64,000 nt of DNA. Origin: Eledone cirrhosa (lineage: Eukaryota). Shown piece after piece: positions 28,182 to 42,997 of this stretch. Under the pieces are notes generated by a model. It worked only from the letters and a program-made list of their open reading frames with translations, was not told the origin of the DNA and did no database searches. A program made the translations under genes and the position numbers. Numbering within the stretch: position 1 is the first letter of the stretch; each line of letters begins with the position of its first letter. The DNA is taken from the NCBI GenBank assembly GCA_964016885.1, contig OZ024750.1:6014001-6078000 (forward strand). Reading direction: 5' to 3'.

Positions 28182-30340
28182 TCATCATCATCATCATCAT
28201 TATTATTATTATTATTGTCAATATTATTATTAAACAATATTAAATGCAAATACGGTAAGAATTTATTATTGGCAACAGATAAACGTTTAATTATCAACAG
28301 AATATCTGTCATTCTGTTGTCCATAATTATTTCTATTTTAGGACTATATATTGTTAGACATTAAATAAGCCTGCCTATATTTTTCATATTTATTTATGAG
28401 AATTCTAGAATTCGTATAGATTTCTTCAGATGTCGACTTTCATAATTTCTCTAAAGTTTACATTGCCTGTACTGTGTCATGTTGGTAACCTATGGGATGT
28501 ATCAAGAAATGTTTTATTGAAATATATAAATGATACTTTATGAAGAATAAGCAAAATAACATCAGGTTACTATTATCCAATAAATGGTACTAAGAATGGT
28601 AGTATTATCTAAGACCCTTTGTTCCATTGTTGCTTTAATAGTTTTTTATAACTATAAAAAAGGATGCGTAAAATTAGTAGATTAACGAAAAAATTAAAAA
28701 AGCACCGAAGAAAATCTAAACTGTGTCCTAACCAAGAACGTCTTGGTTAGGACGCAACACTCACTCATAATTTAGCATATCTAATAAAATGAAAGTCTCA
28801 GGAGACTAAATGTAAATTCCCAGAATGATGAGTCACCAACTCCTTCCCACATCCCATTTTAAACCTTGCATCTTTGTTTACTTACTATTCTATAAAATTT
28901 CTTACAATTGTGAGAAAAATTCTATGTTTAATTCGAGATCGTGATTAAAAAGAAAGTTTTCTCTTCAATTTCAAGAACACATTTGTTTTCGAGCATAGCG
29001 AGCAGTGACTCAATTAATTTTTTGTATATTGGTGAAGTAGAAAGACATCACATTCCATGATGTGATAAAACAGAAGTCATCTTTCAACCAAGTGATTCTG
29101 TGATTTCAGTGTTTCGTTGACACAAATTCATTTCCATCTAATAAAAAAAAAGCTACATAGAGTAGCATGAGTGTCTCAGTCTTATTTCGTTCTCCCGTCA
29201 ATAAGAAGCAATTAAATTTCCTTCATCAAAATTATTTAGAAATAGCAACTAGCGAATTGTATTAATATTAGTCAGTTTGCTCTGGTTTGATCAAGATATG
29301 CACGTCACATTACGTTGATGCCCGTTAATATCATATTATGACCAAAATAATATTTTCACATGAGATACCATTATTGTCTCCTATATTGGAATGGTGTCAA
29401 CCAGATTTGTCAATTATAGATAATTCTCCATACAATATCTGCGTTATTTATGATATTTCTGCATTCATTCACATTTATTGAAAAAAAAAAATGTTATCAT
29501 CTTAAAAATAAGAATTGAAGATAGTTTTTGACAAAATTACATTCTTGAAAGAATTTATAATATATTTGAACAAAAACGCACCATAAATATAGTGCCAATG
29601 TTTCAGAATAGTGGCGATAAAAGAATGGATATGTCAGTGATAACGGTTTAAGAATTATTAGGGTATTCTTTGTTTGAAAACATTGTAAGTTATTTACTGT
29701 GTTTGCATTCCCTCTGTCATTAACTGAAGTGTATCCCATTTATTACGCTCTCCGCTGCATTCTAGTTCCATTCCAGCATGTTCCTTTCGTCTCAAATCTG
29801 ACACACAGGATATAATACATCCGATAAGAATTGACTATAGGTTAATCTCAACGATAGGCCTAACTATATTTTACAAGCACATCTCTTCAACACTTGATGA
29901 AAAATTTAAGAATGCAATGGTTAGAATTTATTTGATTTATGCCTCCTGTCATTCTACTTTGAGAAACTATTTTCTATGAATTCACTTCATTCTTGGACTC
30001 CGTTGCTTCCTAAAATAAGAAATTAAGAGTTTGCGATTGTTTTAATTAGCTGTCTATCTGTAATTACTCCGTTATCTCACTGACAAATTTATATCTATAC
30101 TTTATGAAAAATGTCATAACTGTAGTAGTAAGCTTTCCTATTACACAATGAAAATATATGTATCAGTTATAAAGGAAAGATTCTTAAGCTGTGCGTTTGT
30201 GAGAAATGATGAAGACACAACATGAGGTCAAAATATATTTTACGTCGGAGAAAGAGAGAGGAAATGTGGAATATATATATACTCCAGGAATAAACAAGTG
30301 TTCAATCCATCTAATCGTGATCTCTCTCTCTCTCTCTCTG

Positions 30341-30902
<562 letters not shown>

Positions 30903-30950
30903 AGACGTAAAATAAGAAAATTATAAAATTAACTTACTTACTAAAATATC

Positions 30951-31032
30951 ACTTCCAACTAATTAGTTTCTGGAATGGAGTAGATACATCTTCCGAAGAA
31001 GGTGTTGAGAAACATCCCGTCATCAGGAAAGT
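30951..31032 (-). ncRNA. Type I hammerhead ribozyme (mirror copy)
   Basis: Reverse complement of 31705-31786. Confidence 0.8.
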
Positions 31033-31704
31033 CAATTCTGATATAAGTTTCCAGGCAAAGCGAGGACACTGGAAGCTTATTAAAAAAATAAATCAGTGAA
31101 TGGGAAATAGCAAAGCGTGGACTTAATTCCTAGCCATTGAGAAAATCACTGCCTCTGTGTCCGTGGCAAATTCAAAAAGAATCGAACACGTGACGGGATG
31201 TTTCTCTACACCTTCTTCGGAAGATGTATCTACTCCATTCCAGAAACTAATTAGTTGGAAGTGATATTTTAGTAAGTAAGTTTAATTTTATAATTTTCTT
31301 ATTTTACGTCTCTTATATTATTGTTCTGCAACCCCATGCATTGAACCACAATGTTATTAAGATAAAACCTATATATTTGCTAGCATCGATATGCATCTGT
31401 ATGTATATATATGTTACTAGATATGAATTCTTTATTATTATCTCCAAATCGTTTGTCGAGCAATACTGGCCATGACTGCTGCTACAGTAGTAGGCTGGCC
31501 GCTGTCTTATTAACAACCCACTTTCCACCGATTGACCTCGATGTCACGTGTTCGATTCTTTTTGAATTTGCCACGGACACAGAGGCAGTGATTTTCTCAA
31601 TGGCTAGGAATTAAGTCCACGCTTTGCTATTTCCCATTCACTGATTTATTTTTTTAATAAGCTTCCAGTGTCCTCGCTTTGCCTGGAAACTTATATGAGA
31701 ATTG

Positions 31705-31786
31705 ACTTTCCTGATGACGGGATGTTTCTCAACACCTTCTTCGGAAGATGTATCTACTCCATTCCAGAAACTAATTAGTTGGAAGT
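31705..31786 (+). ncRNA. Type I hammerhead ribozyme with extended helix II (cUUCGg cap)
   Basis: ACTTTC-CTGATGA-CGGGATG...CTTC TTCG GAAG...CATTCCA-GAAA-CTAATTAG-TT/GGAAGT; helix III ACTAATTAGT is a perfect palindrome. Confidence 0.83.
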
Positions 31787-32012
31787 GATATTTTAGTAAG
31801 TAAGTTAATTGTATAATTTTCTTATTTTACGTCTCTTATATTATTGTTCTGCAACCCCATGCATTGAACCACAATGTTATTAAGACAAAACCTATATATT
31901 TGCTAGCATCGATATGCATTTGTATGTATATATATGTTACTAGATATGAATTCTTTATTATGTATATATATATATGTATATATATATATGTATATGTATA
32001 TATATATATATG

Positions 32013-32075
<63 letters not shown>

Positions 32076-32190
32076 GTATATATATACATATATATATATC
32101 TATATATGTATGAATATGTATATATATATAGAGAGAGACCTAAACCACATCCTCAACGCTCTAATGTCTCTACAAAATCGACGGCCTTGA

Positions 32191-32235
<45 letters not shown>

Positions 32236-32396
32236 CTCTATCTCTCTCTCTATATATGTGTGTGTATGTGTGTGCGTGTTTACGTGAGTGTATGTGTGTA
32301 TGTATGCGTGTGTGAATTTGTAACGTAAAGTGGAGTCGTAGGCGTGCTATAGTGACATATGAAGTGACCTTTCCAGGTCTGAAAAAAGCCGATTTC

Positions 32397-32497
<101 letters not shown>

Positions 32498-32776
32498 TGA
32501 AAAAGAGGAAATGAAAGAGAGATATAGAGGAAGAATGCACCCCATTGTGAGACTGGTACATTGTTTATGAGATGGTAAGCTGACCACAGCGGAATTTCAA
32601 CATAAACCAGGAGAGCCGAAACAAATACGGCAAAGCATTCTATCCAGCATTCTAAACAACTCTGACAATTCGCTGCCTATGTCAGTTGCAAATATACACA
32701 CATGTATAGACAAACAAGAATCAGTCCAAGAACACACCCAACACAAATATTTCATTTTTAAGCACTTTAAGGCATT

Positions 32777-32957
32777 GAATTGGTAGTATCAGTAGAGGGC
32801 CGGACATGCTTTCCAGCATAGTTACTTCCCTTTACGATCTGGGTTCAAATCTCACCGAGGTTAACTTTGGCTTTCAACCTTACGGGGTCGATAAAATAAA
32901 GTACCAGTAATGTACTGGGTAATTACTGGCTTTGTGCCAAAAGCAGAAACAATTATT
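32777..32957 (+). mobile_element. SINE family 1 copy
   Basis: A/B boxes plus core. Confidence 0.85.
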
Positions 32958-33253
32958 TTTAAGCACTGAGTAATCTTGAATTCATCATTTTGAAGTGAGA
33001 TATATTTTCCGTCAGATTTCAGTTTTTACCTTCTAGATAAAATACACTTATAATTACTTATGTATTATTGCAGTGTGAACTAGAAGGTTGCAGTTGTTGT
33101 GGTGAAGATGGTAGTAGTGAAATATTATTTATATTGATTAATATTGCTCAGGCTTCCATTTGCATTGCTTCTTTATCGTAGTATATAGAATATTACTTCT
33201 ACCGATTTTATAAGGATTCACTCCAAGGATGAATATTGGATAAACGTTTATGA

Positions 33254-33297
<44 letters not shown>

Positions 33298-33799
33298 TTA
33301 TATATGTGTGTGTGGATGGTGTATGCGTGTGCGTATGTATGTATGTATGTATGTATGTATGTATGTATGTATGTATGTATGTATGTATGTGTGTATATAT
33401 ATATATGTGTGTATATGTGTGAGTGTGTGAGTGTGTGAGTGTGTGTGTGCATATATATATATATATAGTTATATACATATGCATATATATACTTATGTAT
33501 CTACTAGGTATATGTTTGTGTATATAAGAATTTTAATTTACACTAACCAATACACCTATGAAAGATTTGGCTTCATATTTGCTTACATAAATTTACACAT
33601 ACATATAATTTGAAATGCACGCTCTTATGTACATATCTATTCCAATAGATTCTGCAAGTTCCTCTCAGAAATAAATCTTAATTTAATGAAGATTCTGAAG
33701 TTAGATTAGTCTGTCTTATATGATAAATTTACTGGGGTGGTTGACTACGATGTGAATACGCGATCTAGCAGAAAGCAATAAATATTGGTAGATTAATAT

Positions 33800-34150
33800 T
33801 GTTTGTGAAATAAGGAATGGTTTATAAGGAAATGGTGAGTTTGATAGCAATATCGGGAGGAAAATATATCTGTCAGCATAGATCCAGATTGTTCATCAGA
33901 TGGCAACTTTCCAAACAAATATTTTCGATAGCAGAAGTGACTACAAGATTGAACGTTGCCAAGTCACCTGACAATTTATTCTGACCTCCATGAGCCACTG
34001 CAAACCATACAGGCGGCTTTGCCTATCTTAGGATTAATGAGTATTAAATGGATAAGATATCGGATTTTTGACCGTCTCGGGTAGCATATCTGAAGGTTAT
34101 GGAGCACATCCCCAGAGCTGGGTAAAACGAGGCATAGATAATATATTGTT
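33800..34150 (-). pseudogene. Possible highly decayed CR1-like LINE fragment
   Basis: Weak resemblance to the CR1 post-RT region (cf. 59040-59735); no open frame. Confidence 0.25.
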
Positions 34151-34920
34151 GACTAAAATCACTTCAAAATCTATCCAGTGAATATAAAGTGCAATCCTAG
34201 ATACTTCTATCTAGGATGGTTAGCTCCATGTAAAAAAATATATATCAACTCAAATATATAGTAGTAAACACAGTTGTATGTATGTAGACTCTTCTGGTTT
34301 TATAATTATATAAATGTTTAGAGAGAGAGAGAGATGGAGAGAGAGGGTGTCGGTTTCTAATATAGACACAAGGCTCTTTCATTGGAATTTATACAACATC
34401 AACTAGAACGACCAACGACAAAACCTTATAGCATTGTCCCTTATCTCAAAGGACGATTAATGGTAGAATTTATTTTGATGTATAAAACTATAATTTATAT
34501 TAAATTAATATATTTATTCTCCCTTATTGATAATAAAAACAATCTGGCCATTTTGTTGTTAGAATTGTCTCTTTCTCTATTATATAGAGAAATATAGAGA
34601 GGATTAAATGGAGGAAGAGAGAGGACATGAGAGAAAAAAGAAAGAGGTTAAAAACAAAAAAAAAGATGCCGATATATATTGTTACTTTCATAGTATATCC
34701 GAGAGAAAGGGAGAGCGAAAGGATGTGAGAGAAAAAGAGAGAGAAAGAGGATGAGAGACAGAGAGTGAGAAAGAAAAGCGGAAGAGAAATGAGGGGAGAG
34801 AAGGAAAGAATATAGTGAGGGGAAAGAGAGAGAGAAAGAGAGAGAGCGAAATGAAAAATCTTAGAGTGAAAGTCTGACCGAAGGGAAAAAAATATACAGA
34901 ATTAACGAGTGACAGAAGAT

Positions 34921-34978
<58 letters not shown>

Positions 34979-34994
34979 GAGAGAGAGAGAGACC

Positions 34995-35158
34995 GTGAAA
35001 GAGAGAGGGAAAGACAAAGAGAAAGAGAGAAAGACAGGGAAAGAGAGAGGGAAAGACAGAGAGAAAGAGAGAAAGACAGGGAAAGAGAGAGGGAAAGACA
35101 GAGAGAAAGAGAGAAAGACAGGGAAAGAGAGAGGGAAAGACAGAGAAAGAGAAAGAGA
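34995..35158. repeat. 42-bp purine-rich minisatellite (~4 units) next to (GA)n
   Basis: Unit GAAAGAGAGAGGGAAAGACAGAGAGAAAGAGAGAAAGACAGG. Confidence 0.9.
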
Positions 35159-35539
35159 CGACACTTTATTGAAATTTAAATATGAAAAGGAAAGTTTTGT
35201 TAGAGAGAGCGTGAGGCGACGGCGTTGTTTGATGAGAGCGCTACAGATATAACTGAGCGTCTGTTTGTATATTTGTGTTACTACTTTTATATATACACTA
35301 AAAAGAAAAAAACAAACAGACAATATATATAACTGATGAAATTGATTCTCTCGATGTTGATGTTGTGGTGGTAGTGGTAGTGGTGCCGGTGGTGTGTTGT
35401 GTGTCAATGTGTTGTGTGATCTTGGGCGGTAATATGGTGAGTGTGTGGTAGAGGTGGTGGTAATGTTGGTGATGATATGTGGCCCCTTATATGTTGGTGT
35501 GGTAGTATATGTTTCATGTATTATTATTCGTTAGGCTCA

Positions 35540-35703
35540 GGGCGGTGTATCGGCAGTATCAGTAGACCATCGGACACTCTGTTTTGCAGCATTTAGTTAC
35601 GACCCATTAAGTTCTGATTTCAAATCCTGCAGTGGTTAGTTTTGCCTTTCATACTTATGGGGTCGATAAAATAAAGTACCAGTAATGCATTGGGGTCGAT
35701 TTA
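35540..35703 (+). mobile_element. SINE family 1 copy
   Basis: Head plus core. Confidence 0.85.
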
Positions 35704-35935
35704 ATAATATTTGATGGAGTCTTGATGGTGATGGTGTAGCACAGACACAGCAGAGTGGCTGTTATTAGATCCATTAAACCATTAAAATAGTATTCAAATT
35801 GAGCCAAAGCCAACGATTTTGTTTTTGTCAATCTCCATGTTTAATAAAAGCAGTACCAGTAATTCACTACATTCAACCAAATAAGTTTTTCACAAACTTT
35901 ACAGTTCTCAAAAGAGATTAACAACGAGAAATTAT

Positions 35936-36335
35936 TTGGCAGTATCGGTAGAGGGTCGGACGCCATGCTTTGACGCATAGAGTTACGGCCCTTGCCATTC
36001 TGATTTCAAATCCCGCCGAGGTTAATTTGCCTTTCATCCTTACGAGGTCGATAAAATAAAGTACCAGTAATGTACTGGGATAATTGCTGGTCTTGTGCCA
36101 AAACTAGAAACAGTTATTTGGCAGTATCGATCGGTAGAGGGTCAGACACCATGCTTCCCAACATAGAGTTACGATCCTTTACGGTCTGAGTTCAAATCCC
36201 GCCGAGGTTATCTTTGCCTTTCATCCTTACGGGGTCGAAAAAAATAAAGTACCAGACTCGCACTGGGGTCGATTTAATCGTTTTTTTCCCTTCCCCCCAA
36301 ATTGCTGGCCTTGTGCCTAAATCAGAAACCAGTAT
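35936..36335 (+). mobile_element. Two tandem SINE family 1 copies
   Basis: Units ~35936-36117 and ~36118-36335. Confidence 0.88.
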
Positions 36336-37269
36336 TATATAAAAAACAAATTAAATAAAATTCAATTCTTCGTTCTTTTTCTTTGTTACATCAATGTATT
36401 AATTATTCATTATGATAGATATAGGTGTGTTACTAGTTGAGAGTAGTTGGTAAATTTAATAATTCTGTAAGTGCACAAGTAACAGAAAACAGTGTTTTTG
36501 TTACGAAGCTATTACTAACTACGTGTATTATATCATTCAATTCCCCGTCTGTAATTCCTGGATATTCATTCATGCTGTCGTTTATCGGTCCATGAGTCAG
36601 AAAACATGCCTTCATTTCAGTACCCTATGGTGCACAAATGACAGCAGCAAAAGACCACTGCATCGTTGAACATATTTTCTCCTTCAGTGATGCCAAAACC
36701 TTAATTTACTGTCTAACAAGCTCTGGTAGAGTCGACTGCACTGTCAGGAAGTGTCGAGCAGAAGGGAATATAAATCTTGCCATGTCTAATTAAGATCTTC
36801 CACTTAATATTTCAAGGACTAAATGGGAATTTAAAGAAATAAAATTCAATAAATAAATTAAAATAATAATAACGGCATTTGTGCAAAACGTAAAAGATAG
36901 AAATAATAAAAAAAAAAGGATAAACTTTAATGTACTAAATCCATTTCATGCCTTCCAGAAATATGTGTGAAAGAGGCATTTAGGTATGACAAATGCAGCA
37001 GGAAAGATGCAATAAACCTTCTTTGAGAGCAGACAACACTGTCGACCTTGTTGTTGCAGACGATATTATCATCTCCGTCACCTACCACCAATTGTCGTTA
37101 TTTTAATGGTGGATAATATCGTCTCGCCTTTCATAATGACAATCACGACGACGACTATTGTAAGAAGAAAACAAAAACCTGGTGATAGTAAAATAATGCA
37201 AGTAGTGTAAAGGGGGGTGGAGGGTATTGGTAATTGTGATGGTGATAAGTGTTGATCGTCTTAACGGTG

Positions 37270-37275
37270 TAGTAA

Positions 37276-37328
<53 letters not shown>

Positions 37329-37516
37329 ATAGTGGTGGTGGTGGTGGTGGTGGTGGCGGTGGTAGTAGTAGTAGTGGTGGTGGTGGTGGTAGTAGTAGTA
37401 GTAGTAATAGTAGTAGAAGCAGCAGTAGTAGTAGTAGTAAGAGTAGTAGTAGTAGTAGTAGTAGCAGCAGTAGTAGCAGCAGTAGTAGTAGTAGTAGCAG
37501 GAACAGCAGCAGCAGC

Positions 37517-37553
<37 letters not shown>

Positions 37554-37647
37554 ATAGTAGTAGCAGCAGTAGTAGTAGTAGTAGTAGGAGTAGTAGTAGT
37601 AGTAGTAGTAGTAGTATCAGCAGTAATAAGAGTACTAGTAGTAATAA
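37270..37647. repeat. (AGT/GGT/AGC)n microsatellite
   Basis: Direct. Confidence 0.96.
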
Positions 37648-37860
37648 TGGTTTCTTATATAGGCACAAGGCCAGCAATTTTGGGGGAGGGGAAAGTCGAT
37701 TAAATCGACCCCAGTGTGTGACTGGTACTTTATTTTATCGACCCCGTAAGGATGAAAGGCAAAGTTAACCTCGGCCGGATTTGAACTCAGACCGTAAAGG
37801 GGTGTAACTCTATGCTGCAAAGCATGGCGTCCGACTCTCTACCGATACTGTCAATCCACC
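37648..37860 (-). mobile_element. SINE family 1, full-length long variant
   Basis: Complete head, core and 3' end on minus strand; inserted in (AGT)n. Confidence 0.9.
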
Positions 37861-37890
37861 AATGATAATACTAATAGTAATAAAAATAAC

Positions 37891-37925
<35 letters not shown>

Positions 37926-38305
37926 CAGCAGCAGTAATAGTAGTAGTAGTAGTAGTAGCAGCAGCAGCAATAGCTGCAGCAGCAGTAGTAATAGTAGTGA
38001 TTCACATTTCTGCAATATATCTAAATCAAATATACACGTATACATGTATTGAGAGCAATTTTTCCTTCCTTTCAACACATACACCTATATAAACCGCCTC
38101 CCGGGAAAACGCCTTCTCCATTCAGTCCGCCGGGGCTGTGTGTGTGTGTGGGGGGGGGGGGGGACACCCATATAATTGACTGAATTCTCATTTTATCAGT
38201 CAGATTTTCTAATGATTCTCTCTCTCTATATATATAGGGCCGTACTCCAGCATGGCCTCAGCCAGATAGCTGGAACAGGTAAAAGAGTAAAAGAGTATAT
38301 ATACG

Positions 38306-38365
<60 letters not shown>

Positions 38366-39043
38366 ACATGTAGTTGTTCTTTTGTGAGCGAAACTTTACA
38401 GCATAGAGTTGTAATTAAGCTAAAACATGTACACACAGCATTTCATGTGACGTCGGGGAGAAGTTATTGTACCTTTGGCACGAAGGTCTCATGAAACATA
38501 TATGTATGCTATATATGGTACTCTACATTCTTAGATTCATATCTTAGTATGGGACTCCTGCATCATATCAATCCATAACGGACAGTGTCTACTTTTACAT
38601 TCATTATAACGAAAACTCCTCTCTTTTCCAATTTTATCTTTTCATTCATTTATTTATTTTCTTCGTATTTCTTTATTAAATTATATTCGATTAGATTGGT
38701 ACAATATGGTTTCTAGGTTCATTAACGCTTTTAAACTTTCTTGGTCTTATTTTCTTGATGAATTGATTGTTAGTGGCATTTGCGACTTTTGCCGCCTTTT
38801 TATAGTAAAAAGAAAGATTTATGGTAATAGTGCTGTTACTGGTGATTACCATCATCACTGTCTTATAAATTTCTGGCCATTATTCCACAATCAGGAATTT
38901 ATTTCATTAGGTGATTACAAGAGGGTGCTATGTGTATGTTAAATATTAAAATTTAAGTTTTATTTTGCTATCATCGATATTTTTGTCGAAATCTACATAA
39001 GATTATTATGTTACTTTACTCTTTTAGCTATTCCAGCCATCCG

Positions 39044-39140
<97 letters not shown>

Positions 39141-39240
39141 CACACACACACACACAAACCTTTAGAGAACCTCTACCTGTTCATATACAGCCGAATCTCC
39201 ATCAAATCCTTACCCACCTCCTTAGAAAAGAACATATAAG

Positions 39241-39429
39241 ATAATTGTTTCTACTTTTGGCACAAGGCCAGCAATTATCCCAGTGCATTACTGGTACTTT
39301 ATTTTATCGACCCCGTAAGGATGAAAGGCAAAGTTAACCTTGGCGGGATTTGAACTCAGAAGGGCAAGGGCCGTAACTTTATGTGTCAAAGTATGGTGTC
39401 CGACCCTCTACCAATACTGCCAATCCACC
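39241..39429 (-). mobile_element. SINE family 1 copy
   Basis: Complete on minus strand. Confidence 0.9.
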
Positions 39430-39936
39430 GAGAAATTAATATTGAACAATAACCTCTCACCCTATTTGACGTTATAGCTTAAGGACATTAAGTATTGAAT
39501 CAATAACAAAATATTTATATTTATATGAAATAGTAAAGCTCTATTAAGGCTAAACTAACTTCTACTGGTTGCCCGTTCGAAACCTAAACATCGAGTAAAG
39601 AAATGAAGCATTACCCTCGTACAAACCTTTTCCTTCTTCAAAACTATCCTGATTAGAATAAACAAATAACCCATGGGAGGTAATCATTAGAAAAACAGAT
39701 GTTCAGAAGGAAAATGTTTGGCATGAATTGCATAGAAGAGAAAGCTAAATGTAAAACTTACAGAAAAAAAGACGACGATGTACTGAAAGACTTTTCCAAG
39801 TTTATAATTTCGTAATGTCCCATGAGTGAAATGCAGAAAATAATGTTTCATACATTTATAAAGAGACATATGTAAACATAAACAAACTATGTCATAATTT
39901 CTTATGTGTATCCATGTGAGTATATATGGGCATCTG

Positions 39937-39983
<47 letters not shown>

Positions 39984-39996
39984 ACATACACACACA

Positions 39997-40032
<36 letters not shown>

Positions 40033-40048
40033 AATGTATATACCCTCC

Positions 40049-40091
<43 letters not shown>

Positions 40092-41110
40092 GGTGTATTT
40101 ATATAGCTGCACAAAAACAAAATGTACAATACGAAAGAATATAAATTTATAGATACTTTCAGATATTATATACATTACATGTATATATCTGTGTCCCTGT
40201 CCGCATCGTATACGCACCCACACACCCTTACACACCCACACACACACACATATATATATATGTGTGTGTGTGTGTCTGTGTGTGTGTGTGTGTTGAATGT
40301 AGGTGTTTACGAATAACAAACAACATTTATACAAAGTGAAAAATTCTATTTTCTTCTTCACCTAAAATGGTCCCAATTTATCAAGCTCTCAGTCGCAGAT
40401 GTAGTTATTATAAATATTCCATATTGTTTACTTATTTCGCGTTGAATCGAAATTGGTGCTGCTGATAAAAAACCTTATTTTAAAAAGTGACTAAATCCAT
40501 AACTTACTGAGAAAAATAATTCTATCAATACGTATTTGTCTCATAAAAGCTTAACATCTTTTTAGCTATTAAAAGCTATTATCCTCATCGTTAAATGTAT
40601 TTTATTTCTGGCTTTGTATTTTTTTCAATACAATTTTGTTTCATATTTTTTCTTGGTCAAATTATGTTCATTTTCCATTAAAGAAAATAAATGATATTCT
40701 GTTTATATTTTAACGAAAAGAAAATGAAGTAACCAAGTCAAAACGCTGCAGGATCTCTGGTCGAAGTATTGACGAGAAAGTTGTTTAGCAGTCAATGGCT
40801 GAGCCCATCTTGGTGTAAACAACCCTTCAATAACTATTAACTCAAGCTGTAAATATGTAACTGTATAACTATTACAAGTGTTAATGAAACTGTATAATTA
40901 ACGAATTGTTGATTACATTCTATATATAAATTGAAGTCCTCTTATGCACAGTACCATACAAAATCCTGCCGTAAAATAAAGTCTCCAGTAACGCTAAGTT
41001 ACGCTCTTTTCATGTCTATGTTGAAACTAGCCAACTTGCTCATAGACCAAAAAAGAGGATTTACGCTTGATTCAAACTCCGTGTGGAGGTTGGTAAACAT
41101 TACTTCCCTC

Positions 41111-41300
41111 TTTGCACCGGTCGCCGTCGAGACCTCAGTCGCCCTCGGACCCCGTAAAGCCGAGTTTCTCCGTAAAACAGGAACGTCAGCAGCCCTTCTA
41201 AGGAATGAGCCTTGAGAGGTGGGGTAGCTGTTGTAGCGGGTGTTGCTGGTCATTGTCCCCGGAAATGCCTTTGCAGTTTTCTCCGCGGGTACAGCCGAAA
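41111..41300 (+). pseudogene. C-terminal restriction-like endonuclease region of a CRE-clade non-LTR retrotransposon
   Basis: FAPVAVETSVALGPRKAEFLRKTG...EP*E...RVLLVIVPGNAFAV matches the F.P.AVET.G.WG...QR.S..I.RGNA pattern; in-frame stops. Confidence 0.7.
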
Positions 41301-41349
41301 CACCACCCCGACCTAAGTGTAGAGTATATCATCCTCTCCCTTTACTCCT

Positions 41350-41462
41350 CTCTTTCTTCCTTGCCTAATAGTCTTTGCTCTTTCCCTCTTCTCTTTCTTC
41401 CTTGCCTAATAGTCCTTGCTCTTTCCTTCGTTTTCTTCCTTGCCTAATAGTCCTTGCTCTTT
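41350..41462. repeat. ~40-bp tandem repeat (about 3 units)
   Basis: TTTCTTCCTTGCCTAATAGTCYTTGCTCTTT repeated. Confidence 0.88.
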
Positions 41463-42221
41463 TCCTCCCTTCCTTCCCATTTGTGGCATTTATAATCCTT
41501 TCCCTTACTTTCCTATATATACAGATCTGTCCTTCTTTACCCCTTCCAATATTTTTCATTACTTAAAATTCAAAAATGAAATCGATCATAGTTTCAGCAA
41601 AGTACTCAATAGATACATGACTGACATAACCAATATTTGTAAATCACTGCAATCATCAATATATATACAGTTGAACTAGAAAAAGCGCCATTTCCTTAAT
41701 AGCCATATCGAAATAGTTGCATGAGTTCTAACTGAATTTAGAAATCGAAACAAGCTAGCGTCCCTCTTTATATATCTCTTCATTTTCTCTCCTATAAAAC
41801 TCAATGGAATCCATTTTCAAATTCATCGTATTTCATGTAAGTTTAGATAACGCTTTGCTAATTTAATTACTTAGCTTAATGAGAGTGTTGAACACAAAAA
41901 TCTAATTTATTGCAAAGTGTATTCTTGTTTATATGTATTGGTTGAAAAAGTTTATCACAAGTTTCTACCTCCGAGGCTAAACTTAATCTTATTTGTTAAG
42001 CTGGAATGGCAAATTAATACGTAATTGAACTCCATAGTTCTACGTCCTGAATTCCTGACACTTTATATAACTTTTCCTTATATGATCAAACATGTTCTTT
42101 AACGACATGCTGCATTAGTCGAATATATAACATTTTGTTGGTATTTTGATAAGGACAGATTTATTACAATAAATTCACGTATACCTCTTTGCTCTATTCC
42201 AATAACATACTGATGCATATG

Positions 42222-42289
<68 letters not shown>

Positions 42290-42292
<3 letters not shown>

Positions 42293-42520
42293 ATAATAAT
42301 AAAATTGAAGACTAAAATCCAAAGAGGGCTCGATAAGGAAAATATATATCAAATATATAAGAACCGTAGAGCAAATATTTATTAAAATAACAGATTAAAG
42401 TTTAAGCAAAGAATCGCTGCTTTCACCCTTAACGGGATCTTCTGAAGTTTCAGAAGATCCCGTTAAGGGTGAAAGCAGCGATTCTTTGCTTAAACTTTAA
42501 TCTGTTATTTTAATAAATAT
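42290..42520 (-). mobile_element. Family C fold-back (72-bp perfect arms plus 85-nt tail)
   Basis: Arms 42375-42446 and 42449-42520; other copies at 23586, 49245, 50055 and 16393. Confidence 0.87.
42446..42496 (+). ncRNA. Hammerhead ribozyme variant (CAGAAGA core)
   Basis: AGTTT-CAGAAGA-T CCC GTTAA GGG T-GAAA-GCA GCGATTCTT TGC-TT/AAACT. Confidence 0.7.
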
Positions 42521-42576
42521 ATATATATATATGCAGAGGTTATATTTAATTTGTTGGGATTCAACAAGCTTAAAAA

Positions 42577-42634
<58 letters not shown>

Positions 42635-42637
42635 CGT

Positions 42638-42683
<46 letters not shown>

Positions 42684-42691
42684 GTGTGTGT

Positions 42692-42766
42692 GTAAAAGGT
42701 AAACTGAAATAACAACACAATCGGTACAGTATATGGAAGGGATATATTAGGTTAACGCTTGATATA
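42692..42766 (-). mobile_element. Family E tail-only copy
   Basis: Reverse complement of the region ~8843-8918. Confidence 0.8.
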
Positions 42767-42774
42767 TATATATA

Positions 42775-42962
42775 ACGAAGGAAATGTGGTAAGGAACCAG
42801 GTGGACCATAACGCACCAAAGTACTCAATACTTAGGGTAGTAGAGTGGGTAATAGGAACGAGTAGGACCCCGACGGCTGAGCTCAAGCCGTTTCGACGGC
42901 TAATTCTGGACAGAATTAGCCGTCGAAACGGCTTGAGCTCAGCCGTCGGAGTCCTACTCGTT

Positions 42963-42966
<4 letters not shown>
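42775..42966 (-). mobile_element. Family A fold-back
   Basis: Arms 42853-42908 and 42911-42966; tail 42775-42852. Confidence 0.87.

Positions 42967-42997
<31 letters not shown>

Noticed and set aside
29300-30000. Possible decayed RTE coding sequence on the minus strand (YFGH-like)
   Set aside because: Too degenerate to support by eye
30200-30320. ATGATGA-AGAC..GTC-AAAA and a TATACTCCAG half-motif
   Set aside because: Two core mutations and no 3' half of the bulged hairpin
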